From Magallana gigas (taxonomy: Eukaryota), in contig NC_088862.1 in the NCBI RefSeq assembly GCF_963853765.1, positions 24,180,001 through 24,244,000 of the forward strand: 64,000 nucleotides of DNA, given 5' to 3'. Position numbers and translations under genes: made by a program. Positions 40,216 to 52,864 of the stretch are shown here, piece by piece. Position 1 is the first letter of the stretch. Each line of letters opens with the position of its first letter. The notes beneath the pieces were generated by a model that was not told the origin of the DNA, ran no database searches, and worked only from the letters and a program-made list of their open reading frames with translations.

Positions 40216-42561
40216 CATATTCAGAAACTTTCCTAAGATATGACCAATGTATGTTCCTATGATAGGACCCAGGAAAAAAAGTAGGAACATTCTTAGATCA
40301 ACTTAGAACACGTCTTTAGATGTAGCTTGATGTCTTAACTTAATAAAATTATTCTTATTTTTCACATTTAATCATACAGATGGAGTTTGAGATACTTTTG
40401 TAAGGAAAAATCATTAAACTTTACGAGAGAAAATTGTACGTGTCGATCTGTAGTGACATGTAACACGAAAGGCCTAAAACCAGTAATTTTATATGTAAAC
40501 ATTTTCAAAACTTTACAGTTATCTACAAATATATATCAGTGACTAATCCCAATTTAGTCAAAAAAAAAACAAAGAAGGAATAACAAATAGGAAGAGAGAA
40601 AACGAAGCAACCCCCCCCCCCTTGAAATCCAAATAATTGCTGTTTTTTTTTTTAAAGAAAATATGTAACAGGACAGAATTGGCTTTTAAGAAAATGATTA
40701 TTTATTAAACACGTGCACATTCTTTGAGTGTTAATTAACATTTGCAAATTTTGTCATTTAAGTACCTGAATGTCAAAACAAGTTAGTTATGACATTGGTT
40801 TCAAGTGAAACATACACAGTTTGCCTTGTCTTGGCTCAAAAGCCAGACAAATCTTGTTGATTTCAAAGAGCGATGCCTGATTGGCCAGAGGTGAAATACG
40901 CAGGCCTACCTCAAATTCTGTCTGACACAACTACCCACACTCCAAACACCTGTTAATTATAAAATGGTTCGAATGGTCACAGAATTGCATAACTGTATCC
41001 TCTTCAGTCACCATTCCAAACCTGTCAGTTAACATTCAGGTAACTTATCATCTTGTGTATTATCTTTTATTTCTGTCGTTGGAAATATTGATGCATTTTC
41101 CCTGCAACTTATTTAAAATTGATACAATTTAACTTTACATGCATAATCAAATAAATTTTGTCGGATGTTAATCACAAGTAAGTGTTTGTTTTCTGTTCTG
41201 TGGGATGAACGGTCTATAGTTTAATCACACATTACTTAGACTGTTGGCTGCGATGCTTGTTTTTAACTTTAATTAGACTGTCTATCCCATACTTAATCTA
41301 ATGATGTCATTGTGTGGTTGATACAGACTCTATGAGTTTTTTATATCACAAAAAGGACGGACTGTATTTGGTATTGTCAAATATCTGACCCAAATTTAAA
41401 CGAATTCTAATAGTATCGTATCGAAATTAAATCTTCATAAAACATTATACAGAGGATGTCAACTACATTTATCTTAATATTCATCATCATTGTCCAATAG
41501 GTGTTCATCTATGACGTCACAAAAATGAGCATATTCCCGCCTTTTGGCAAACAATTGAAAATATTTTCATTTTTCCTTCATATTTTGCCTTCAAAATCTT
41601 TGCATATGTTTTTGTTCTTATAATTATTCAAATCAAAGTAACGAATGGTACAAAAGATGAAACATGCGCTCGATGCTTCCCAGTCGAAAACGAAAATCCG
41701 TCGAAAAACACCAATAGTTTGCTTTAAAACATTGATTTTTCAAAATAAGGCAATTTTTATGACGACAATTTATACATTAAAACGTCACTTGGATGCTTAA
41801 TTTTTACATACTTATATTTGATATGGTTTTAACTATCTTCAACCTTATTTTATAAAGCTTTCTATTAAAGCTTAATTTGGGGGGCGAAACATGCTCAGTA
41901 CCCGACAAAGTCTTTCACCCTTTGATGCAAATACCATTGTCTTGGTCATATAAAGTGCAGTGACTTCCCACAAAGTCTACGTTTGTTTGAATTGATTTAT
42001 TTACAATGGTCTTGACGTTGAATCTTAAATACGTATGTCATAGTCATTAGGTTTCATTCCCACTTTAATTTTCCATGAAAGAATGAAAAAGTAAAACGTT
42101 AATGTGTCCATCAGTTGTAGAACACGAAAACAATTTAAGAAGGCTCAATATTGTAGCTATTTTTAGACTCTATTGGTCTCCTTTAAAGAAGAAGCTCTGT
42201 ATCAAAATGTAGGAAAATGCCAAAATTTAAAAGATGGGATATACGGAATTTTTTCTTCAATAAAAATATTTATAGCTTAACAAGTCATATCCTAAAATTT
42301 TTAGGTAGATCTGATGGTTAAGGACGAGTGCACTTATGGGCCGCGGTAAAAAGTGAAAAAAAAATAAGAATCAAATTAAGCGTAATTTTTCACCTAACAT
42401 CACCAATTGATATCCAATCCATAAGAGTCAACATGTTTTAGTGCTGAATTTACTGTATATCAAAAGCACAAAGCCTTACAACATAGTAGGGGTCAGCCGA
42501 TATTGTGATTTTGTATAGTAAATCGAGGACGGGCATTCAATTTAAAGCCTTTGTTTACTGT

Positions 42562-42658
42562 CAGCCTAACCGAGTACAAACTTGTGGAAAAGACAAAATA
42601 CGAATTATACGTATAGAAAACTCTTGTGAAAATAAGAAGTTTGTACTCGATTAGGCTG
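42562..42658. mobile_element. 97-bp MITE with 22-bp TIR
   Basis: cagcctaaccgagtacaaactt / aagtttgtactcgattaggctg (1 mismatch). Confidence 0.75.
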
Positions 42659-42894
42659 GTACTTAAAAAATGAAAAATGTACGAAAATTTCAAGGTTTTT
42701 CCTATAGCAAGGTTGAGCTATTACCTGCGTGACCTATGTTGAACCCACGCATGGAATAAATTATGTTGAATAGTCACGTGGGTTCTATCCAGGTAAACGA
42801 TTGTCAAATGTGCTCACTGCAAAACACTGACACGTTGAAATCGCTTTCATAATTCAAAAGGGAGTGGAGAAGCTGCTTCGCAAAAAACAAACTG

Positions 42895-45302
42895 TGTTGT
42901 AGCCTCTAATGATAAAATATCCACAAATGATATGAAGATGCATTCGTTGTCAGAATCCTGATTAACTACTATGATTTGATTTTAAAAAAATGAACTATCT
43001 AACCGTCAATCAATGATAAAATGTAAAAAGTATATATCCACATTCATTATATAATGATTATAAGAGAAAGATTCAAAATAAGTACATTGTTGATCTTTAA
43101 TGATAAAAGTTTTTAAGCATTAATGGATGAACTTCAACTTTTATAGATACAACTATGTATAAAATAGTACTGTTGTAAATTTTGGCCTGTAACTCTTTAC
43201 ACATAATATTGATACCATTCATGGCAGAAGATCCACCTACCAGTCATATTCCAATAAAAAGATACTAGACTACGTATATAATTATTATTATTATTGATCA
43301 ACTAATAGATGCACATGTTTTGAATTGTGTGCTTTGTTAATAATCCATCAAATGCATTCTTCTTAGCCAACAGAGAAATAGACAGATGGGCGTGTTAAAG
43401 AGCACGACTTGTCTAAAATTTGACCACAACAGTTATATTTCATAATAAATGTATCATAAATGGGTGAGGTCTATCTTATAATGCAATGAAATTACATAAA
43501 TAATATTGAAGAATATCGATATAATTATTTGTTTTAAAGGACTATCTATGGTATGGGCCTAAAGTGGCCCCTTTAAAGGAATATCATTATTTTACTGTAA
43601 TTCTTTGTTTTCTTTGTACAGATATATATGTGATGTTTTTATTTAATGTTCATTTTGATTCAAGTGCCCACAATTTAGAAATACGGCATTGTAAAGACAA
43701 CCTTTTCCCACCATTTTTGCATTTTAGGATAAAAAAAAGCTTGTTTTCAAGTAGTTTTTCTTTCAGGAAACATAGAGCGCATGCTTGAACCAACAAAATA
43801 TTTAAATCAGAGATGTATCTAGCCAAGTCTAATAAGTGACAAAAAAGTTGTCCTGGTTCAAGCATGCGCTCTATATTTCCCATTAATAAAAAGATTAGAA
43901 AAATGTCAATTTTCGACTGAATTTGTTTGAATTATAGAAATAGCGTCACTTCTGACGTCATATACTGCAAGTAAGTGCAAATAAATCAAACAAATATGTG
44001 AAAATATATTTTAAATCAACTCTTCTAAATTATAACAAAACCTTTTATTGTACCCAAAACACTTTAAAAAATAGTGAATTATGGGGGCCAAATTTAACTC
44101 TTGTCATATGTAGTTCTTTCAAATCATTATTAAATGTGATTTTGGACCAATAGTGATCATTTTTTGTACATTGTATCAATAATGGACGAGTATGTCGTAC
44201 ATTAGTGATAAAATTATAACACAGTTAATCAGGATTCTTACCACTAATGAAACTCTATGGTATTAGAGGATATTTTTATCATAATAGGTTATTAGATGGA
44301 CATCAACCAATAAGAAAACATTTATGTATGTTAACACTGTTTTGATAGCATGCCTTTTTGCATGCATATGCCCCTCTGTCTATTTACTTGCTACATTACT
44401 GAGATTTCAACTTTGGTTTTAAAATTCTTTTTCTACTATACATTTTAAACGAAGTCACATGTTTGTTGGAAACACGTCTAAATAATAAGATCACATTCTG
44501 GATAATTTATGTTCAGTTGTCAAGAGAAAGAAGTGAACTTAAAAGGAGCTGTTTTGATTTATTTATTTTTGGTAAATTTTGTCATTACTGTAAATGCTTA
44601 CTTTAAATGCAACAAAACCAACCAAATCTCGAAAAAAGATAAATAAACTTCAGCAAAGTATTTTGAACAGTCTTTAAAGAGGTTTCTTTCTCTGCTTTCA
44701 AACATTTTTTTAACTTCTAATCTGTAAAAATTCTGCACCATGTACTTTTTTTTTATCATATATAAATTATGATGTACAATGCCAAATAAAGATCATTGAT
44801 TTAACCTTGTAATAGCTAGGTTTGTAGACAGATTTGTAAGAAGTCATTGTTATAATAAACATGTGCCTAAAAAATAAAACCTTATTAAATCAAAGGAATT
44901 GGAAATACATATCAAACACCGATTAAATGATCTAATGATGCTTTTTTTAGCCAACAGAGAAATAGACATGGGTACAAGCAGAATTTTAAACATTACTTTT
45001 TCACTTATAATTGTATCATTACTGATTAAAGTCCACTCACTATGGCAATAAATTTTTATCATTAATGTTCAACGATGTTCTTATCTTGTTGTTTACTCTT
45101 ATATTTTTAGTTGATGTGAATTTTGACAATTACATGTATCTAACTGTCCATTTATGATACAATTGGAAAATTATATCATAAATGGACAGTTAGATACATG
45201 TAATTCGTAAATGATAGATATTATATCATAAAGGGTCAGTACTCTGACCACTGATGCAACTTTATATCATTAGTGGATACTGTATCATAAGAGATTACTA
45301 CA
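42895..45302. mobile_element. Older member of the TGT...ACA / 6-bp TSD family (TSD AAACTG)
   Basis: aaactg|tgttgtagcctctaatgata ... tatcataagagattactaca|aaactg; ends homologous to the 35660 TIR. Confidence 0.7.
43534..44121. mobile_element. Kolobok-like non-autonomous element, degenerate
   Basis: ttaaaggactatctatggtatgggcctaaagtggcccc vs reverse complement of right end ttgaaagaactacatatgacaagagttaaatttggcccc; internal inverted repeat agagcgcatgcttgaacca. Confidence 0.5.
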
Positions 45303-45341
45303 AAACTGGTTTAGAAAATGGTGGGTACAACAAATCCAATT

Positions 45342-45346
<5 letters not shown>

Positions 45347-45380
<34 letters not shown>
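45347..45380. repeat. (GA)n microsatellite
   Basis: Perfect run. Confidence 0.97.
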
Positions 45381-45386
<6 letters not shown>

Positions 45387-45402
45387 AATCTTTTATATAA
45401 TA

Positions 45403-45677
45403 TTGTTATACTTTCATGTTAAATACTGAAATCTGATTGGTTTAGACGTAGTTGATAATCCGTTCTATTACCTTCAGTTTTCTATTTAAAAGCAGAAACA
45501 AATTCTCTAAATTAAGACATCCAGTATAATAAATTAAATAGAGCCTGTTTGGGCGGATAACAGTTGAAATTGACACCCCTCAAAAACTATTGTCAACCTT
45601 CGCTTCTAGTCGGTTGACAATTGTTTTCTTCAATGGTGTCAATTTCAACTGTTACCCTCACAAACAGGCACTATTTA
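45403..45677 (-). mobile_element. Second palindrome-plus-tail element, inverted and internally deleted
   Basis: Homologous to 37259-37619. Confidence 0.75.
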
Positions 45678-45733
45678 TGTAATGAAAACCAATGACATCA
45701 AAACCGTAAAAATTGTATTATAATAATGAATGA

Positions 45734-45841
45734 TTCCAATGTACAGTTGTGGGTGATGATGAAGAATCTGACAGCTGGTTCCAGGTAACAAATGGTGTGA
45801 AACAGGGTTGCACCATGTCTGATATCCTATTTCTGACGGTC
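45734..45841 (+). pseudogene. RTE-like LINE RT fragment
   Basis: Translates FQCTVVGDDEESDSWFQVTNGVKQGCTMSDILFLTV, matching the non-LTR RT motif F.V..GV.QGC.(L/M)S..LF. Confidence 0.75.
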
Positions 45842-46292
45842 AAATACTCCAGTACTCATAATGACATCATAATGACAACCACTGATGAAGCTTCACAACA
45901 AAGTTCGTAGACTCACGAGTTAACTGGTCCGTTATATCTGAAAATTAGAATGACATATATAATAAAATCCTTTTTAAATATCATTAAATAAAAATTAGAT
46001 ATTAATATGAAGAATAATATCATTTAATATTGTATGTATAAAAATGAAATATAAAATCTTTGGTCCTCTAGACCCATATGTGAAAAATGCGTGGTAGACA
46101 TTAGCTTTTAATTATAATGAATGTATTTCATCAATTAACCGAATACAACTAATAGCATTCAAGTTGGCGCTTGTATATCGCGCCTTTTGTGTTAACTTCC
46201 CACTTAAGCGATATAAATACTTGTGAAAATCTATGAGTAATCCCTAGTAGTTATCAGACATTGTATTATCCAAGACAAATGAATTTACTCGC

Positions 46293-46484
46293 CTACGGGG
46301 ATCCAGTATTTTTGGGGGTTGGTGGTGGAGGTCCAATGAATAAATTATTATTTTGTTTTCCGGTAATGAGAGGGGGCGAGGCATACGCTTATATTTGGAA
46401 AAACTATAATGTAAATTTATTAAGTTTCAATTTTTAAGAGGTTATGCATATCACCCTTTACGTCGCCCCTCTGGATCTGCGCAT
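46293..46484. mobile_element. ggatccag...ctggatctgcgcat MITE-like repeat
   Basis: Short degenerate TIR with G/C tracts; common oyster repeat type (recalled). Confidence 0.45.
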
Positions 46485-46989
46485 AAGTCTGAGGTAGGTT
46501 ATGATAAATAAGTTGTTTTTCTTGATTTGCGTCTTTGTATTCAACAAATTAATTGTCAGATCTACCTTAAAACTTAAAGATAGATTTCTTTAGCCATAAA
46601 TTATCATTTAAGAAAGAAACATTCCAAATATTAGAGCTTTAATATATAATATTTTTCCTATATCTCCTTCATAAGAAAAAAAAGTAGTCAAAAATGGGCG
46701 AGGCAATTTTTTTTCCTGTATTTCATCTAAGTTTAAAGATAGTTACAACTGTAGCAATGTAGAAAAAAAAGCATAACCTGAGTTAGCTGGCAACACAATA
46801 TTTTCTGCACTGGTATCTATATGTATCGCCATACCCGCATCGCGCATCAAAGAAAGCCTTTTGTTGTCTGTTTTTAAATGAATGCACATTTCTAAGTGAG
46901 TAAGACTAGGTAAATTAAAGCAAACATCATATAATCCACATATCGATTTCTCTCTCATTTGGTTAAGCAAAGAGTAGAGAATTATAACT

Positions 46990-48040
46990 AAATGCATTGT
47001 GGCACGAACTTTGATCTTCCAATCACAAGACAGGTAAAACATTACTTGTCATTGTTTGTAATGTACATTATAATAATTGCATTATTAAATTCAATTTTAC
47101 ATGTGGCAAACAATCCTACTTACACCAACAGCAGGCTTTCCAAGGAGGAAATACGTCAAAATATTGAATCGGTATTTGATATCTTTAATATCCCAAATAA
47201 ATGAAATGAATTTGATTTTCGTATTTATACTAGATACCGAAGCTTCCCAAAAATACAAACAATATACCAAATAAAAAACCCCCAAAGATATAAAGCAGAT
47301 TCCTGTAAATGTTCTACCAAGCCTATTTATTTATTCCTTACTAGATATCTTAATACTGAGTATAGTGAAGGAGAAACTTCAAAAGCACTATACAACAATA
47401 TACTCTAGGTAGTAGCGATGTGAATCAGATATATTTACTTAAAAACTCTAACGAATTATTAAAAACTTTGAGATCACAAAATCTTACCTAAATCAATAAC
47501 ATCAAAACGTACAATTTTTCAACACTTTACACAACCATTTCCCCATTACAAATTAAAATTTAGGCTTTTTGATATCATCGATATTTGTTCCTTAAATACA
47601 AATGGGACTCGTAAAATTTCTTACCTTGTCATTAGAGGTCTACAAAAAATAAAAAAGCCATCCTGATTGTACACACAAATACTTTAGATCTGATGTTTAC
47701 ATTGAAAATGTGTTTGAGTTTTCTGATAGACAACATCTGTGTAGAGTTTGATGACCAAATATTCCAACAATCAGTCGGAATTCCAACGGACACAAATTGT
47801 GCTCCTCTTTTGGCTGATTTAGTTTTATATTCATATGAAGCAGAATTTATTCAAAAGCTTGTGCAAGAAAATAATAAAACACTTGCCAAGGCCTTCAACG
47901 CGACATTTAAATACATTGGTGATGTTCTATCCATTAACAACATATGTTTTTTAATACTTGTTTGTCATTATTTATACACCAGACTGACTACGGTTTCTTC
48001 ATCTTTTCATGATGTTGACAATGAGCACACGGCGGATGAC
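46990..48040 (+). pseudogene. Penelope-like element reverse transcriptase, decayed, paralogous copy
   Basis: NPTYTNSRLSKEEIRQNIESVFDIFNIP through GIPTDTNCAPLLADL and FKYIGDVLSINN; shares the disabling substitutions of copy 1. Confidence 0.9.
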
Positions 48041-49379
48041 TAATCCCAATTTAGTAAAAAAAACAAAAACAAAGAAGGAATAACAAAAAGGAAGAGAGAA
48101 AACGACGCACCCCCCCCCCCGAAATCTAAATGATTGTTTTTTTTTTTTTAAGAAAATATGTAACAGGACAGAATTGGCTTTTAAGAAATAAATAATTTAT
48201 AAAAACACGTGCACATTCTTTGAGTGTTAATTAACATTTGCAAATTTTGTCATTTAAGTACCTGAATGTCAAAACAAGTTAGTTATGACACTAGTTTCAA
48301 GTGAAACATTCACAGTTTGCGTTGTCTTGGCTCAAAAGCCAGACAAATCTTGATTTCAAAGAGCGATGCCTAATTGGCCAGAGGTGAAAGACACAGGCCG
48401 ACCTCAAATTCTGTCTGACACAACTACCCACACTCCAAACACCTGTTAATTATAAAATGATTCGAATGGTGACATAATTGCATAACTGTATCCTCTTCAG
48501 TCACCATTCCAAACCTGTCAGATAACATTCAGGTAACTTAATGGCAAAGTATCAACTTGTGTATTATCTTTTATTTCTGTCGATGGAAATATTGATGCAT
48601 TTTCCCTGTAACTAATTTAAAATTGATACAATTTAACTTTACATGCATAATCAAATACATTTTGTCGGATGTTAATCACGAGTAAGTGTTTGTTTTCTGT
48701 TCTGTGGGATGAACGGTCTATAGTTTAATCACACATTACTTAGACTGTTGGCTGCGATGCTTGTTTTTAACTTTAATTATACTGTCTATCCCATACTTAA
48801 TCTAATGATGTCATTGTGTGGTTGATACAGACTCTATGAGGGTTTTTTTTATCACAAATAAAGGACTGTATTTGGTATTGTCAAATATCTGCCCCTAATT
48901 TAAACGCATTTTAATAGTATCGTATCGAAATTAAATCTTCATAAAACATTATACAGAGGATGTCAACTACATTTATCTTAATATTCATCATCATTGTCCG
49001 ATAGCTGTTCATCTATGACGTCACAAAAATGAGCATATTCCCGTCATTTGGCAAACAATTGAAAATATTTTCATTTTTCCTTCATATTTTGCCTTTAAAA
49101 TCTTTGCATATGTTTTTGTTCTTATAATTATTCACATCAAAGTAAAGAATGGTACAAAAGAGGAAACATGCGCTCGATGCTTCCCAGTCGAAAACGAAAA
49201 GCCGTCGAAAAACACCAATAGTTTGCTTTAAAACATTGATTTTTCAAAATAAGGCAATTTTTATGACGACATTTATACATTAAAACGTCACTTGGATGCT
49301 TAATTTTTACATACTTATATTTAATTTGATTTTAACTACCCTTTGATGCGAATATCATTGTTTTGGTCATATAAAATAG

Positions 49380-50317
49380 AATAGAGAGGTTAAGATTTTA
49401 AAGGGGCATGGTCACGATTTTGGTCAAATTCTATTTTTCTATTTTAATTATTTACAATACTTTAGAAATGCATTTCTGATGATTAAATGAAATTTTAGAA
49501 TCTTTCATGAAGTTATAAGCAAGATACAGAGCTCACAATTCTTTGTTATGTTAACAAGGCTCGTGCCCTGTTTTTGTTTACATAGGTTCAATATACCAAT
49601 AAACAATCTTTTTTTAGCTGATTTGTCTATCTTCTTAATCATTTAAAGTATAAAAACAGTTCCTAATGTTTAATACATTCATTTAAAGTCTAAAATTGAG
49701 CTTTTCACGTCAATATTCAAATCGTAAACAAAAGATTTGTTTACATTGTAAAGAATTGTAAGCTCTGTAATTTGCTTATAACTCAAAGTTAAGAATGACA
49801 CTCAAATTTAGGTTGCATATAAAAATGCCTTACTAAAGCATTGAAAACATTAAAATCGGAAAAATAATTTTTGACCAAAATCGTGACCATGCCCCTTTAA
49901 ACGTGTACGGGTACGCGTACGTGTGTTAAAACTACACGTACACGTTTTTGTAATTTATCAGTTGAGATTTCTGAACTTGTAGGATATAAACGTGTACGTA
50001 AATCGACGCCGTTTTGTGACATGAATTTATTTAGTTAATTCCAAATAAATGGTCAATTTCTGACCAATTTTTATGCAAACGAAGTTTAGAAACCTCTATA
50101 ATGTATCACAAGAATACATTCACTCATCAATAAGATTTTATTTGTAGTAAAAAGCTTCGAGTTTGTACTTACGTGTAGACGACACTCTACAAGTTTAGAG
50201 AACGTGTAGAAACCATGTCATCACAAAAACTGATGACGTAATATGCAAAGAATTTAGGTGATTACCCTAGTTCACGTACACGTACCCGTACACGTTTGAA
50301 ATCTCAACCTCTCTATT
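49380..50317. mobile_element. MITE (aatagagaggtt...aacctctctatt) interrupted by a Kolobok-like insertion
   Basis: TIR aatagagaggttaagattt[insert]aaacgtgtacgggtac / gtacccgtacacgtttgaaatctcaacctctctatt. Confidence 0.8.
49402..49896. mobile_element. TTAA-flanked non-autonomous element (Kolobok-like)
   Basis: TTAA TSD at 49398-49401 and 49897-49900; perfect TIR aggggcatggtcacgattttggtcaaa. Confidence 0.9.
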
Positions 50318-50509
50318 GCAAAGCATGCGGGTTAAATAAACCCAATCGTTAGGGGGACGAAGCCAAACGGTTCCCTTTTCTCAACATTCAAATGATGCAG
50401 TTTGGTTTTTGTTTCCTTATAAAGAAATTATTTTGTTTATTTATTCTAACTTTGAAAGGAGACCCATTCTGCTGGTGTTAATAAGCGAAAGTCTATCACT
50501 TTCTAAGAT

Positions 50510-50948
50510 AATAGAGAGGTTAAGCATTTAAACATGTACGTCTACGGGTACGTGTGAAGCTACAAGTCTGTTTACACGTACACGTACCAAAATTTGGATA
50601 ATGTTTTATAACTGTAAGTGTACGCGTACGTGAAAAATGTTTAGATTCAACGTTTTCAACATCTTTAGTCTACTCTTATTGTTTATGAAATAATTCTATG
50701 ACTTTGATGAAACCAAGAGCATAGTTGTCCTTAATTTATCGTCTGCTTTACATTACACAACATCTGATATACACTTAGTCTATATTCTTATCAAAAAATT
50801 TCTTCTACGTGTACTTTTGATTCTACACGTTTTATACAACTTGTAGAATTACGCGGTATACGGAAAATGTGACGTAATACACATAAAATTAGAGGATTCC
50901 CCTAGTTACACGTACTCGTACACGTTGAAATGCTTAACCTCTTTAATT
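50510..50948. mobile_element. Second MITE of the atagagaggtt family
   Basis: aatagagaggttaagcattt / aaatgcttaacctctttaatt; tacacgta-rich subterminal region. Confidence 0.75.
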
Positions 50949-50998
50949 GGTTGAAAATTAATTGATACCGTAAGAGCGAAAAAATTCGACCATGCAGT

Positions 50999-51317
50999 TT
51001 AAAGATGGTATGGCACACCCGTCGATAATAATGGAAAAAAATGTTCATTATATTCATAATACTTTCTCCGGTTATAAATTTTAGAATTTAACTGCATTTG
51101 ACCAAAAATTACGTTTTAATAATGTTTGGAAATGTAAAATATATATAGACCCGAGACAGATTCGAACTAATTAAATCGAGATTAGTAGCTTATTTGTTTA
51201 TTTCGAGACATCTTAACGAAGTCCGTCACCATACAAAGGTGTCCAATGCCACCTTATAATGCATACACACCTCAGACTGTAAAGAAATTATTTTAGAACA
51301 AGAAATACCGTCTTTAA
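50999..51317. mobile_element. TTAA-flanked Kolobok-like relic
   Basis: ttaaagatggtat / ataccgtctttaa; internal gattcgaact (reverse complement of a B-box-like GTTCGAATC). Confidence 0.5.
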
Positions 51318-52451
51318 ATTAATAAAAGGAGAAGTCCAATGGTTTAGTAATTTCAGTTTTATTTTATTTGAAATTACGATATTTACAAAAAGAAAAAAAG
51401 AAAAAAAAAGGTTTAAGCCAAATGCATGTTTGGTTTACCTTCAATAGTAAAAGCAATATCAGGCTGCATATTTCATAACATTTATACGCTGCAATATAAG
51501 CTTTTACAGTAATTTCAAATGCATCCTACACTTGCATATAAGATAGAAATAATAAACAGTTGTTGACTTGGGTCGAGGGCAATAGTTGATTTGTCAGACA
51601 GCCTCGCAAGGCCGAAGGCAACAACTGGTTTGTTTTATCCCTTCTAATACAATAACTCGTTTTTGCGGAATGTGACGTCACCGGTCAACAGTTTTTTAAC
51701 AGTCGATTTTAACAGTTCCAATCGAACAGTTAAGCTTCTTGCTTAATAATTTAATTAAGGATTAAGGTTAAGGATATGTATTGATGCAGTGTGTATTATT
51801 ACAGATATTAATGAATTTCGTGTTATCAAAAATGTATATTTGTAGAACATTAATTAAATTCATTTCTTAGATTTACATGTAAGAATATAAAGGAACTGAA
51901 AAAAGATCTGAAGAAAAAAGCCCTGTAATATAGTAAAAGGGTTTCTTAGAACCTTAAAAGTAGAACTCAAACACATTTTCACATCTCCTTCAAATGAAAT
52001 TAAGAGGGGCCAAAATCTCTCACGTGCAAGCGTGTGATTTAAATATTAAAAAAACCTGGAAACTAGATGCACACAGTCGTCTGCAAGGAGGTGAAAAAAA
52101 AAATGACCAATGGTTTCAGCGCATTCAAAAAATAGTCTTTAATTTTCACATACATGTGATCCGTGAACATATTCTGTACAAAATGTCTTAAGAAGACCTG
52201 TTGCAACAGATGATACATGTTCGTAGTCAATTAATTAAAACAACAACTGTAGAATACTTCATACAATGTCAATAAATGAAGTTTGATTAACAATAAAGAA
52301 CTTCCATCCGCCCCCAAGTTTTCACAATTGCGCTAAAAGGGATCCGGTGTTGGTCGAACTGAGTGGTAATTGTATTACTTAATTAAAGGTTTTCACGTGT
52401 ACAATTGATGTCAACATGTGATTTTAGATACTGACATATCAAAATTCGGTC

Positions 52452-52830
52452 GAAAAGTAGTCTTACAAAACAACCATGACTGTTCTATAATCCAAAATTA
52501 ATTGAAATGACTATAACATCGTATATACAATGATTTAGCATTTGTAAACAATTGTCCAGGTTAATTTTGTATGGCATTTACAGGTATAGGACAATGCAAT
52601 CTAATGATAAATACCTTCATAGGAAGATATCGGAAACTTTAAGATATTAACATATCAGGCTTTATACGAAAAGTTGTCCTACAAAATCAATAACAACATT
52701 TCTATAATCCAAAATTAATGAAATGATTATTACGTCATATACAATGATTTAATTTTTGAAAACAATTTGCTACGCTAATAATGTATGACATTTTAAAGGA
52801 CTATGCAATCTACTGATAATTTTCCGAAAC
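52452..52830. repeat. Diverged tandem repeat, unit about 216 bp, running toward a gap
   Basis: gaaaagt(a/t)gtc.tacaaaa...ttctataatccaaaattaat recurs at 52452 and 52668. Confidence 0.75.
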
Positions 52831-52864
52831 ATCCTTTCATAAATTTTTTTTATCGAAAACGCAT

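Larger units (their letters stand above)
35124..41955 (+). repeat. Segmental duplication, copy 1 (interrupted by a 3.8-kb insertion)
   Basis: 35124-35540 aligns to 45844-46290; 35530-35659 plus 39491-41955 aligns to about 47225-49372. Confidence 0.9.
45844..49372 (+). repeat. Segmental duplication, copy 2
   Basis: See copy 1; retains about 0.9 kb (46290-47220) absent from copy 1. Confidence 0.9.

Noticed and set aside
40150-40230. Hammerhead ribozyme at the Penelope-like element end
   Set aside because: PLEs often carry one, but I found no intact CTGANGA...GAAA core with pairing stems here or at 47980-48040.
40988-41045. 32-nt AG...GT-bounded segment TIPNLSVNIQ, duplicated near 48500
   Set aside because: No more conserved than its highly similar flanks and has no partner exons.
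51146-51170. tRNA gene
   Set aside because: Only a B-box-like motif; no A box or cloverleaf.
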